From positions 773,412 to 837,411 of the forward strand of contig NW_004797311.1 in NCBI RefSeq assembly GCF_000002075.1: a DNA stretch of 64,000 bases, given 5' to 3'. This DNA is from Aplysia californica (Eukaryota). The stretch's first letter is position 1. Every line of letters starts with the position of its first letter. Below are positions 51,301 through 64,000 of this stretch, piece after piece. The translations under genes and the position numbers were made by a program. A model generated the notes under the pieces. That model was not told where the DNA came from. It saw only the letters and a program-made list of their open reading frames with translations, and made no database searches.

Positions 51301-54107
51301 CAATACGACAGGTAGATGCAGAATTCTTACTGATGGATGTCAGTATGATTGAAGCTTTGGGTGTATTTGGATTTATTTGTTACTTAGCTATCCAGTAGAG
51401 CAGAGAGGCCAATACAGTATTGATCAAATACTCTGCTTTTTGTTCACCTTTTAAATCTTTATGTCTATGGTGTCTTTACTTTCCAGCTCAAGATGTTCTA
51501 ATGGTCATACTGGGTATATATGTTTTCTACATATTTTCCCTGTTTCTGTGGCACTATTGAAGTTCTTGAAAACTGTTTAAGAAGTTTTGTTAAAAGTTTC
51601 TTTTTTTCTTTTGTAGCACTTGGCAAAGCATTTAAATGCATGGCACTGTATTAGTTCTGTTGGTATCATACTGGACTATGGTGCGGATGGTCCTGGTTTG
51701 AATCCCTGAAGGGCAGTTCCAAATGGATTGTTTTGGGAAGTTTTAAGGCTATCCAGCCATCTGGCTCAGTTCTATCAGAGATAGGTGTTATATTTAGAGG
51801 TCGCACTTTTAAAAATAACCTTTCAGTGTTGAAATCAGCTTTAAACCTATACAATGTGCGTGTACAATTTAATCGTAAAACCTAAAAATTGCAATAATGA
51901 TATTTGTAAAGCTTCTTTATCTTGTTTTCATTTCGCCTATGGAAACTTGTCAGTGTGAAGGAGGCTTTGTATCTGAAAAAATTATTTTCATCGGTATGCA
52001 GCTTGGTTTATTCATTGGGAATTCATGATCAGGTTCTTTGTATGGAATTACACGGTTTATATAAATGTTGTTTCTTTCAACTGTATGGTTTTAATAACAA
52101 AGGGGTCTGGTTTCTTATTGTTTCTTAATAATTTTAGATTTTGTGTATGCTCATGAATTACTCATTGTAGGTCTATCTGTACTGATTGATTTTGAAAATT
52201 GAATGAATATTTTTATGTTGGACTCAGGCGGATACACAATTGATACCTCCACCTGGTTTAAAAAAGAAAAAAATTGAAAACAAAGTCCAGCCAGCCATTA
52301 AAAAAAAAAAGAAACTGTAAAACACAATTGCTTGCTAGTACATAATAGTCCCTCCCCCACCTCTTTCCAGTTTAGCAGTTACGTCCACTAAGCAGAGCAG
52401 TCTGTCACTCCTGGTTTTGTCATAGCTTGACAGGATTGCAGGATATTAATGTTGCACTTTGAAGATATTGTTAGTTTTACTGCCCTCTGTTGCCAACATT
52501 TTGTGTGAAGTGTCATGAGATACCTGTAAACATGGTTACCTTTAATTAACCTTCTTATATCACATTAATGAAATAGTTTTTATGAATGTATTGGTTTTTA
52601 TTTTATGAAGGTATTTTAAAAGTAAGTGTGTAGGCCTATGTTAGAAATGTACAGTGGCCTTGAATTATAATCAATATATCTTACCCTTTTATTATGATAA
52701 AACTGGCCCACAAGTTGCTATGAAGGAATGATAAACTACTCACTTTCCCTGATACTGGTGCTGTAAATTTATTCTGCAGTTACATTTCAACACTAGATAC
52801 GTAATTGCCCAAAACTGTTTTAAGTGGCCAGAGTAACTGATCTTGTTATTTGTCATAAATATATCAGTCATACTAATGTCTTTCATGTGCAAATGTGTGT
52901 TTCTGTCCTCAGTGCCCACTACCCAGGTGTTGTTTCACCAGAGGTTGTCAAGCAGTTGGGAAAGAAACTCTGGTCCTCCGAGGACTACAGTACTTTTAAC
53001 GATGATGTGGGCGGGGGCTGCTGGGCACGGGTGAGACTGATTTAGGGTGTCTTTGCTCTTTTCTATGATGCATGGAGGAAGTTTAGCGCTCTTTGACAGG
53101 TTGTATTTCTTTCGCAGTGACTGCTTACCTCTTCAACGAAAAAAAATTCAAATGATGATGCGTGTTAATTTCTTAAAACGCTGCTTGCAGAGATTCGGTT
53201 CCTGGCACTACTGCATGGTTACAAAAAAAAAAATCATTTAAAATATACAAACTATTTCAGTGCTGTGCAATTTTTGTCAACTCATTTTCTTCTTTCATAA
53301 TAAATGTAATTTGAATTATTGGAAGTACCGAATTCTCTACGCATATTTGAAATTGAAACTTATGACTGTGTCTGTTTGATTGAAATGCTGAATGTCAGGG
53401 AAAGGTGAGGATTTATTGTCTATCCCAATGGAACTACCTAGTCACATATTTCAATACTGGACATAATAATTTTTGTCATTTTATTCCTTTTACATAGAAG
53501 GCTTTACTATAAGATGTTAATGAACCTCTCAAAAACAAAGAAAATGATTTTTGATTTTAGAAGAGAAATACCAACAATCCCACCACTCGTGATTGAACAA
53601 GAAACAATTGAAATCACGGTTTCATACCAATATCTTGGTCTTACAATCGACAACAAATGTACATGGCAAAACCACGTAAACAATATCGTTAAAAAGGTAA
53701 ATCAGAGGCTGTACTTTCTGAGGAAACTTAGGTCTTTCAATCTGAATCCATCCATCCTTCAGATATTCTACACCACCACAATAGAAACTTTGATAAATTT
53801 TGGTATCACTCGCCATGGTAGCGATTTGGGAAGGCAGCACATTATAAAAATAAACAAGTTGATAAGAAAGGCATCAAGAACAATTGGTAGAGACCTAAGT
53901 AACTTGAATATTTGCACAAGACAAACATTCTAAAAAAGGCGGAAATAATGCTTAGTGACCATAGCCACCCACTGACATCGGAATTTCAACTATCGACCCG
54001 CAGAAAACGATACATTTCCAAAAAAGCAAGAACAGAGAGATATAGAAATTCATTTGTACCAACTGCAGTGAGGTTACTGAACACACAGTGCTACAAATGA
54101 AACACAC

Positions 54108-54138
<31 letters not shown>

Positions 54139-57100
54139 ATGTTTTACGGAGCGGGTTGTCCCAGCACGTGAGACATGTATTTACTTGGCCTAATGTCCTG
54201 TCTTGTTGTGCGTTTGCGTGAGTGCATCTTAAGTCTAAATTTTGTAACATCTACTGCCATTGTTAACAAACCAAGACATATTTCTCCCTGTGAGATGAAT
54301 AAAGATTGTCATTGTCATAATGACTTAGATAAGAACTGTGGTATTTTTTTAATGCGAGTTGACAATATCATTACAGTATTTATGGGCAAATGTTTACATA
54401 TTGGATTGAACAAATGTAATTTCCAATAATTTATTTCCTTATAAAGAGTAGGCAGCATTTTAGTAAGCTAAGTTGGAATTTTTGAAAATGCTTCTTGAAG
54501 TTACAGTCTGGAACTACTGGAAAACAGAATGAAATCACAATTATATTACTGTACTTCCCAGTCGATAAATGCAAGAGCTGCTCTTACCATTATTTGTACT
54601 TTTATCTTATTATAAACTTAATGTAATACAAATGATACAAAATAATGCAACAACATGTAACATTAACATTATCAGAACTCTGAATTTCTCATTTAGTGGT
54701 TTTAATCTTTTCATTTTCAGATTCTCAACCAAAATTATGAGTCTGGATTAATGACAAGGTAACTTTTTTCAGAAGCATGTGTGATAATGATATTTAATAA
54801 ATCGTCTTTTTGACATGGGATTTGAATACACTGCTGTCTTTATTTAATTTAGTCTTTGAAAACCAAGATCCTGATTTATTTCACTTCCACCTAGAAGTGT
54901 ACTTAGAATGAGGAAACAAAAATTATCTTGTCATCCTGTCTCCCACAATTCAGTTAAACTAATGTAAAGACTTTGTAGCGTCCTTTTGAGATATACATAA
55001 GTATTCTTATGGATGTAGTTTCCTTGCCAGAATGCCTCTTGTCTTCTTAAAAGTTGTATACTGCTTTCCAGTACTGATAGAGTGATATGAAAGTTCTTAA
55101 TTACTCTAAGCGTTCCTTAGTAGGCCTATCTAAAAGCAGATTTTTTCTTTGTTCAGTTTCTGAAAGGGGGGGGGCGCAGTTTATTGAAGAATCATATTGA
55201 TGACAGCAATTGTAAGTGTAGTCTGGTTTACATCTCTTTATCTTTTTTCAGTTGTTGGTTCATTAGATAATTTATCGTTGACCTACTTCTAAGTTTTAAA
55301 AAATTAACTGGCTGATGGGGTGCAAATGGACTTTATTGTCAAGTCCTCTGGGCTTTTTTCATCTAATCAAACTTTCAAGCAATGAAAAACTTAAGTTATA
55401 CTTCTTTGTTCTTTCATTCTTCTTAATGCATCAAATTATTGTTTCGACAGCACTATCGCATGGAATTTGATAGACAGCTTCTACCAAGGCTTGCCCTGGG
55501 ACAGGACATCCTTGATGACCGCTCGTCAACCCTGGAGTGGTTACTACTCTGTGGAGAGCCCTATCTGGATGTCTGGTCAGAGCTCATATTGTATGGCAAT
55601 ATAATAGGATCATTTGCTTGAAAAGTTTACATCTGGCCAGGTATCTCAAAGGGGAAAAAATCCCATCTATCCCCTTTGGACTTCATTGCATTTGCATGTC
55701 AATGAGATAGCATTACAAGTTTTCCTTAATAATAGATTGTGGAAAAATGTTTTAACACTCATAAAGTTTGCTCGTTTTAACTGACTTTTGCGCTTTATTC
55801 CATCCTCAGCCCATACCACCCAGTTCACAGAAATTGGTTGGAGCTATTTGCCTCATGGTCTTGGTGTTGGGGCTTTGGAGCAGGGTGGCAGTTATGTGAG
55901 CCTCACAAGTCCAGACCACAAAGACTTGACCATTGTTATTGAGAAGATGGTAAGTCATATGGGAGAGATTGACACTCACGACACTTTACTGAACTAACTG
56001 GATCTTTTCTTTTTAGGAGAAAACAATTCTGAAGGCATGAGTTTCTCCATGGTCATGCCAAGGTAAAAAAAAAAATACTGCTGCGGCGGAAAAGTATTAT
56101 AATTTTTTTTCCTTAAAGACCTATGCCCAATTATCAACAAGACAAGAGTTTCATTTAGTCCAGAGGATCCTGTCTGCTGTCTTTCTCAGAGGGAACATTT
56201 TGATTAAATGTGGTTACTACATTCCTGTACGCTCCTGTAGTTCCTAAAATTTTTTGCTTCTATGACATGCTCTGTTCGTTCCCACTCTGACAGTCCTTTT
56301 GTTTGTTCATAATGTCAGAGTATTGGTATAGAGTTTTTGTGACGAAATTTAGCCATGGTTTCATTTTCTCTGAAAATACTTTATCTTGGAATTATAAAAG
56401 TTTCTGGAACAGTTCATTTATTTTTTTAAAAAGAATTTTTGTCCAAGCTGAAATGAAATCTTCATTTGTTTAAGCTTTTTTTTTTGCAATGGATTAAGAT
56501 TGTAGTTGAGCCCTTGGGCTGGTGACATATGGCCCCTCAAAATGTTAAAAAAGATTATTTCTTTAAAGGTTTTTTTTTCACTTTTGTTGTATAAGTTTTG
56601 TTTTTTTTAGCTGAAGGTGGGGTGAAGAATGGAAGATGGGTGAGTATAAGACTGAACTAATTTTAGTGAATGTTTTCATTCTTGTTTTTTCCTAAATTAT
56701 TTCAGAGCCACGACCATTCTCCTTGTATCCGACCAGCCCTTCCACCATACACTGTGGCTAATGAAAATGCAACAATCCAGTTAGAGGGAAGCTTTGTAAG
56801 ATTGTTGCATCATTTTTGTGTGTACTAGAAAACGATACAGCTTTATAGGTCTCTGTTACTTTATGATTTGTTATTTTGCTTTGTATTTTGTTTGGTTTTT
56901 TCTTTGGATTTTTTTTTTTTTGGGGGGGGGGGGGGGGGGGTAAAAGACACACAAAAAATTATAGCTTTTTATTTTGTGCTTTTGGTCTCTGTACAGAGTA
57001 CCCAAGGTCATTCTACATTTACTATTGCAAACTTAAGGGATCAGGGGTAACAAGATGAAAAACTATGAGGTAGTGTTTACATTCCTGGTTTTTTAAATTT

Positions 57101-60100
57101 GTTTCTGAGGTATAAAAGCTCAAAAATTCTTTATGTGGATGCTTTAGTGTGATCTGCTCCTTTTTGTGGTTGGTTGACGGGTGCTCAGGTGTGGTTTGCT
57201 CCTTTCCTATTAACCATCTATCGTCTCTATCTCCCCTCTTTCTATTTTGTGTTTTTTACTCTCTTGTAATACCTGTAATCTTCGGCACTTATATGACGTT
57301 AATGTGTTGCAAGTGCCGTAAAACTCTTACTACCCCCCCCCCCCCCCAAAAAAAAATGCTCCTTTTTCTTTCTTTGTATTGATCTTGTCTATTTGCTTTC
57401 TATAAAGCTGTCATTGTACTAACTTGAAATGGATTGTATTTTGACAAACTGGACAAAGTCACTAGGACAGTTTTACCCAGATCTCATCCTCATGTACATG
57501 ATTAAAATTAAATGAATACCCTTTTATGCCTTTGTCTTTTACATCCTTGCTATTCATATACAATATACAGTATCATTACGACAAAGAACATATATCTCCA
57601 GGCTGGTGTGACTGCTTTGTACGTGTGGCAAAGTGTTCTCCGCTTTGACTCAGGGGCTTCATCCACCTACTTCTTAGACATGGGATCTGTGCCAGTGAGT
57701 ATACATTGAATCTTCTATATTGCTGGATTTCCTGGAAGATGTATAATCTTTTTGTGGTATCCTGGGTTGGTTTTTAAGAAAAATAAGAACTGAAATAATA
57801 TCTTTTGTGCAACAAGCTTTAGTCATCAGCATTTTTGCTTGCTTGATGATATTATGTCTTAGTATATTTGTATGTTGTGTAAGTATTTCTTTCTTTTCTT
57901 GTGAAACAAAGAGTTTGAATTGGAACTATTAATGATCAGTCAGTTACAGATGAATGAAAGGTCGAATAATTTTTTAAAATGTAGGTATTCAGATTTTGAT
58001 TAAGATTCATTTGAACTTTTACTCCCAGCTTTTTCCATTGGATTTTAAGACTGAAATACCCGTGCAATGTAGACTGGTTGTTTTTGTTACACAAATTTGT
58101 CTCTGCAATTTTTTTTGCTCTGTGACCTTATCTCCCCCTCCCCCCTTCTTCACACACTCATACACACTCGCACATACACACATACATACTCACATCTTTT
58201 TTTACAGTAGTCTGAATTTATCAGTACCTTGCTGCCATGTTCTTCGAGTTTAAGCAATTTTTGTTTTATAATCTGTATTGTTTACTAAGTCTGCACATTA
58301 AAATATTTGTTAACAGCTTTTACCTGTTTTCCATGACAATGAGGATACTACATTTTCTCTTGTTTCTGTCATTTTCAGGTCATCAATGGGAAAGTAACAG
58401 TTGCCATAGGGGTTGATCAGGTGTTGACCCTCACCACTGTTCCCACCGGGACTCATGGAACATACGACGCACCTCCGCCTCCAGCTGCTTTCCCTCTTCC
58501 TTTCTTTGAAGACTTTGAAAGTATGATTACTTGTGAATTTTTTTTTGGGCACCTTTTTGTGGTTAAAACAAAAAAAAATTCTTTCTTTCTTTTTGGCTGT
58601 CATTGCAGCAATTTACATAGATAAAAAGTAGCTCTAGATACTAAACAAGTCTGACTTTCAAATTTCTGAATGCCTTCTTTTGTTGAATTTTGAAAGAGTA
58701 TTTCTTTTTATCCCACAGTATAATTTCCGTACAACTGAGCTAAGCTTTTTGGCTCTTTTATCAAGAGAGATGTGGTGTTCATCTCACTCTCTAAAAGCAC
58801 CTTGCTTGATGTCCAGTTCATGAAGGCATAATTAGTGTATGACATAGGGCTTGACTCAAGTTTTTCTTGTCTCTAGGCCTTGAAGAATGTGGGGTTGGCT
58901 TGGTCTGCTTGTGTTAGGGATGAAAGGCCTTGAATGACTTGTGTGTATGTTACATTAGTATGACAGAGGCCCTGTTCGAACTCTGTAGGCGCATCGGTAT
59001 AAGCTATCAGGCAACCTTATGATGCAATATGCTTTAGTTGGAAGATTGTACACAAAAAATTGTTGTTGCTCTGTAGGTTACTTACCTTTACTTTCTTTAC
59101 TTTTCCGATCTAGCAGCCATCTGGGTTCTAGCCCTTCGGCCTGTCGATATGGCAAAGAATTTTGTTTTTTAACAGCTGTGCTCTTTAGGTTAAAAGCCCA
59201 AGCTAAACTTTCCCAGCGAAGAAGAAGAAAAAAAAATAGGAATAAGAAGATGAACTGCGTGAAAATGCAAGAAGAAAAAAAAATGGAAGAAGGAGAGGAT
59301 AAGGTCACCTGCCCCTTGTGTGATAATTTTCTACTGTTTGTTCTAGAATATCCTCTCTCAGCGGAACCGTTCTCCCTGGCTCCACAACAAGGCTCCTTTG
59401 ATGTAGTAAATGTGGGAGGGACATATGGAAAAGTCATGAGACAAATGGTGCTCCAGCCTCCAATAGCTTGGTGTCAAGAGACACTCTACTTTAATTCTTC
59501 TTTGAATCTGCTCGGCAGATTTAACTGGTGAGTTCTTTTGTTGTCCATGAGGAAGCATTTGACTATCTATAAATTTTTTTCATTTGATGTTTTTCTTGCA
59601 TCCGCCATGTGTAATTATTGATGTAACTTTTTCTTGTTGTTTGTTCTGCCTGTTTTTTCCTGGCTTTCCTTTTCACTGAATTCAAGGGCCCGGTTTTTAA
59701 GCGGCTGGTGTACGCAGTTAAGGTCAAGCAATGTTTTGATTTCCATTCTAATGTTAGATGAAAAGAAATGGAGTTGATTTCATGGTGGAACATTGAATGT
59801 TGTGTCAATTTTTTTCTGTTTAAAGGAAATTCAGTTCACTTTTTACTGAACTTGTTGAGTGCAGACTGGAAGCAGAGTAATTCAGCTCTCCTTAATTGTT
59901 TGGGGGCAGTCTAACGGCATTATCTTTGTAAGTTAAATAAAGCTTGCACATTCATTTTTAGACTACGCGTCCTGCTCTTAGTTACATCACGAATTGACGT
60001 TTGTTGGTCAAATGGGATGATACAAAATAACCCAGTAATATCTTTTGAAGGTTGTTTTATTTGTTAAGTGTGTCCTCATCAAGATGTTGATTGTATGTGG

Positions 60101-62249
60101 ATGTTCTGATGTGGCTAGCTTCTTCTTTTCTGTTTCTTGCAAAAGGTGACTGTTATTGTGCAGAGTCAAGAAAATGGTCCTGATGGTTAATGGTGTAATA
60201 TTTATATTAATTTTTTAGGACCATTTAAAATCTGTTTCTTTCTCTAATCTAAAGGACTGATGTGGAGGTTCAAGTAGATGTCAAAGTTGGTCAAACAAAT
60301 GGTTCCAATGGTGTCTTTATTGGAGTCCGCATTGACAACGGAGGCTGCCAAACATACGTGGCTAAAGGACTCTTCTTCTTCATCTTCCCCAATGACAACA
60401 TCTATCTGCTGGCTAGTGACATTCGTGAGTAGAATTTTTTTCACATGTTTGTTTTCAGATGGATGGGAGGTTGTGCTTTAGTTCAGAATGCTCTTTCTGC
60501 TTTTTGTTTCACTATTACATAAACTAATTCTGTCTTGGTATCATGTAACAGTTGAGTTATGTTGATGTGTCACAAACTACAACTCACCTCAACTATTGTG
60601 TCTTCAAGATGATAATATGTTTGTTCTAAAGTAAATATTCTTTAACCTCACTACTGGATATTTCATTTTGCTATCTTTGTTGTTGAAGCTGTATTATTTA
60701 TATGAGTATGATTCATAACTTGGTTTCGAGTCTCTAAGCAAATGAAAAGTTGTCAAAATGTGTTTTATTAATACTGTGTTGTCAAGGCAGATATGGCAAG
60801 AGAAAACTTTGTTTCTCCCTTTTGGCTGTGGAGTGCCAATTTCGGACAATACATATTGTATAGAAAGTAGAAAATTGATATTTCTGATATATCATTGGTG
60901 TCGGACTCTAACCTGTAGCTGCAAAATTATGTCACTTTTTTTGGTTTCAAATTATGTTACTTTAATTGCTTTCACTGACAAAATGTGATGTTAGAAAGAA
61001 CTTTGTTGGGGTCTTTGGATACCTCTTGAGTTTTTACTTCACAATATTGTTTCAAGGAAACAGATGTTACTTTCTGACTGTTCTCACTACCGTCTATGGT
61101 GTAGCAGGTAGAAGCTTCACTGCTGAGCGCAGGAAACCCGTGGTCAATTCCTAAGTGAGTAGGGAATTTCTATCGAGTATCTTCAGCCTTTCTGCAAATG
61201 AATGTTGTATCCCTCTCAGCCTGAGTTGACCTTGACAGGCAGGGTCAGAAGTGCGTTCCTAAATGAACTAAACTGTGTCAAGGGGAGTGCAAAAAAAAAC
61301 CTCCTACATTACTCAAACAAAAAATGACTGTTCTTTTTGTTTTCTCTCAGAGGGCAAAAATGTGTTGACTTCTGGACGTGAGAAAGTGGCCATTGTATCA
61401 GACTGGAATCATCTTACACTAACAGTTCAAGTGAGTGGACCTGATTGCTTTTGTTCTTTATTCATTTGCTAATTTTTCACAGTATGAGTTTACATGCCAA
61501 ACGGTTCTGGGGACAGAAGTGGTTGTTATTTTGAAATGTTACACCTGTCCCCCACTCAGGAAGCTCCATTTAGAAAGGAGGTTTTCTTGGAAAAATGTGA
61601 ATACTTGTGCCCCATTAAAGCTTGATCCTTGATCTTATGTATGGTAGTCAAATTATCCAAAGACACGCCTAGGGCCTTTTCACCTGAGGTTACAACTGTA
61701 TTTATAAATAATTTGTCAAGTGATGTACAATATTCATTAGTGACAAATCTGCATAGAAAAAGATATAGGTTTGCAAATGGGTCAGTCATTTATCCTTCAA
61801 GTTTCTCTTTAGACCATCAGAAATAACAGAAAGCTTGGTTTGTATTAATAGTTAGACACTCAATGTGTTATGAGACAGTGGATCTGTCTAATGTAATGCC
61901 AAAGCTCTTTTTGCATTTGGGATACTAAAGTGTCAAAACTGATACTGAAATGAGGTCTACAGAGGCAGAAATAAAACTTGTTACTGACATCTAATACCTT
62001 GTCTTTTTTCTAATCCAGGGCCAAACTGTCACCGGTTCATGCAATAACCAGCAGCTATTCAGTATGCAGGTTCCAAATGTCAACGCAAATGGCTTTGTTG
62101 GTCTTGGCACAGATGTCTATGGATATGCTGACTTTGACAACTTTCGTGTGGATAATTCTTCAACTTCGAAAGTAGTTGGGAAACCTGACACTCTCTATTT
62201 TGTTGAAGAAGACATGGAGATAGTTGAATCATTCAAAACTCCAAATTGA
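45230..62249 (+). CDS. GALC: Galactocerebrosidase (galactosylceramidase, glycoside hydrolase family 59), 18 coding exons, 699 aa
   Basis: Exons 45230-45373, 45755-45823, 46066-46129, 46687-46775, 47807-47971, 48835-48873, 49771-49892, 52913-53030, 54721-54758, 55451-55575, 55810-55949, 56706-56795, 57602-57694, 58379-58520, 59347-59527, 60255-60424, 61351-61430 and 62019-62249, 2100 nt in frame. A signal peptide is followed by [55 protein letters not shown] (acid/base Glu), AHYPG, KLWSSED (nucleophile Glu), AHTTQFT and FDNF. An acceptor AG at 45218-45219 implies an upstream non-coding exon. Confidence 0.96.
49031..49214 (+). mobile_element. Short retroposon 3'-end copy with 13-bp target-site duplication
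   Basis: Flanked by ATAGATTGAAAGT at 49018-49030 and 49215-49227, and ends in gccgtaaaacctctactaaaacaaacaaa. Homologous to 31925-32166 and 57170-57330. Confidence 0.75.
53505..54318 (+). mobile_element. 5'-truncated LINE (Rex1/Babar- or CR1-group) RT C-terminal fragment, frameshifted
   Basis: ORFs 53514-53933 ([37 protein letters not shown]) and 53912-54100 ([24 protein letters not shown]) are in different frames. The element ends with AATAAA plus an (ATTGTC)n tail. Confidence 0.8.
57170..57330 (+). mobile_element. Retroposon 3'-end copy (same family as 49031-49214)
   Basis: gggtgctcaggtgtggtttgctcc...tactctcttgtaa...gccgtaaaactc aligns with the 49031 copy. Confidence 0.6.
61089..61310 (+). 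mobile_element. tRNA-derived SINE family copy in GALC intron 16
   Basis: cgtctaTGGTGTAGCAGg head, degenerate B box ggtcaattcc, body atccctctcagcc...cctaaatgaactaaactgtg and an A-rich end. Confidence 0.6.
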
Positions 62250-64000
62250 TCCCTTCTGAGATCACCATAATTTTTGTACCAAGAACATTGAATTTATATT
62301 TGTAGCAATTGCTTTTAGTTAATTTTACTTGTTTTAAGTTTTAAGAAAAGATGAGCTTCTAAAGACAAATCTTGCAAGTCACAACTTGTTTAAGCCATTT
62401 TTAATTGTAAGATGTTTGTAACTTTACACTATGGTACTGGGCAATATAGTCTTTTGGTACATCACTGTTTTTTATAATGAGGTAAATTGTTTCTGTTAAA
62501 GTCTACATACAATATAAGTGCTTGTAATACAAGGGTAAGTCTTATTGTTTGATAATATTGATAAGCTTGTTGGAATATCATCATTATATTGTACAATGTG
62601 TTAATTCAGTAGCTTTGTTCACACGAAGGTTTTTCTTCCGTTTTTTATGACTCGAGTAACTTACACCTCTACAGACTTTTTGGACTTTTAATTTCAAAGA
62701 GGGTAGAGTACTCGTACCGGCAAAAAGTGCTCTTAAATTTTTGAATATTATATGATGTTGATGTCATGTAAAATGTTCAGCTTGTATGATGTGAAAAAAC
62801 AGCAGCAACCGAGTTTGGCAAAATGGATGGTTGTTTTTGTCCCGTCACAGACCAGCCTGCACACTGAGTCAATAGCATCTATCATGTCAGTCTGCCATGC
62901 CACAGAAACAATCGAAGACTAGAAGTCAAGGTAATGATTTGTTACTGTTGTTGTTCTGAAGTAACTTACTTTTAGAAACATAAAAATAGACTTTTACAAT
63001 ACTAAACTAGAGTGAATATCATGTTGCAATGACAAGATTTTTGATGTACTCAAACGTGCCTGGTGAAAGAGACTGTATGACGCATTTTGAAGAATTGTGT
63101 TTTATTATTGCATTTTATGGTCCAAAAATCATTTCTGAATTAATTGCTTTTAAAATTTTAAAGATATCTTTAGTACTTTATGAGATCTTGTTAATGTTGT
63201 CAGGTTTGCTGGCGTAATAAAATTTTGAGAAAAATAACTTAAAATTTTTCTTTGATCTGGATCCAGTTCTACTCCTAATAATATTGGTCAATCAGCCAGC
63301 CCTGTTGTTTGTGTCCAAAACCTTTGATAACACAGTTACTATACAAAGTGCAACTTTAAAGAAGTTTAAGACAATAACAGTTTCAAAGTGCTATTAAAAC
63401 ATTTTATTTTGCCAATTCGCCTATTCAAACTAGAAATTTAGCAAAATTGACCTGCATTTGATCACGAAGTGTGGGAGGGTACATGTATGCGCTTGGCTTC
63501 CCTTCCTTTACTACGTCAGTGTATTCCTACACACTATACACAACTCAAAAGGACAAAAACTGACCAGAATTTTTGTATGTGATGTTAAGTTGTTGATTTT
63601 TATGAATGAGTAGTAGAAATCTTTGTCAATGACAATGCTAGAACTTTTTAAGAGTGGCTTTGCTTTGCTCATGAAGTGGAACAGGATACAAATGCGCAAA
63701 ACTTGCCACCCCTTACTGTTTTGTGACAATTATGCACGCTTCCTTGATTGAGTTAGGTAATAAGATGACCTAAATTTTGGTATGCAGAATGATCAGGTTT
63801 GTTTTTATAAATGAGTCATAGAAACCTTCCACAAAAAAGCTCTGACAGCTAATAAGGTTCTTATGCAATCTCTGTTATAACGTAAGATGACTTATGTTAA
63901 AAACATCTATTCTTCAAAAATACATTTCTAGCATGGAATAAACACAAAGCCTTGTAAATATCTGTAGATCAATGGCTAAAGCATAAATGTTTAATGGATT

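Noticed and set aside
63216-63942. GALC poly(A) signals AATAAA at 63216-63221 and 63937-63942
   Set aside because: Plausible, but indistinguishable from chance hexamers in AT-rich DNA without transcript data.

Overview
This is eukaryotic (animal) genomic DNA, probably an invertebrate such as a mollusc; that guess rests only on AT-richness, dense microsatellites and repeat types. It is a draft assembly with 13 N-gaps. Three intron-rich genes were reconstructed by hand from GT-AG junctions with consistent phases. (1) HGSNAT, the lysosomal heparan-alpha-glucosaminide N-acetyltransferase (+, 15 exons visible, 2888-22292); its first exon and one internal exon are not visible. (2) Calaxin/EFCAB1, a ciliary EF-hand Ca2+ sensor (-, 7 exons, 31082-41102, 218 aa). 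(3) GALC galactocerebrosidase (+, 18 coding exons, 45230-62249, 699 aa). Calaxin and GALC are head-to-head. The ~430 bp upstream of the calaxin start carries an RFX X-box-like plus NRF1-like motif on the ciliary side, and a CLEAR-type TCACGTGA box, an initiator-like TCAGT and a splice donor on the lysosomal side. This candidate cilium/lysosome bidirectional promoter is the most interesting structure seen. Introns contain a tRNA-derived SINE family, truncated LINEs (some with target-site duplications), a TTAA-flanked piggyBac-like element, several MITEs and a foldback-like inverted minisatellite. Two long duplications with no differences seen (2861-3294/15010-15443 and 39111-40465/43016-44370) look like assembly artefacts. 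No prokaryotic system, CRISPR array, rRNA or tRNA gene is present, and no wholly novel gene system could be supported.
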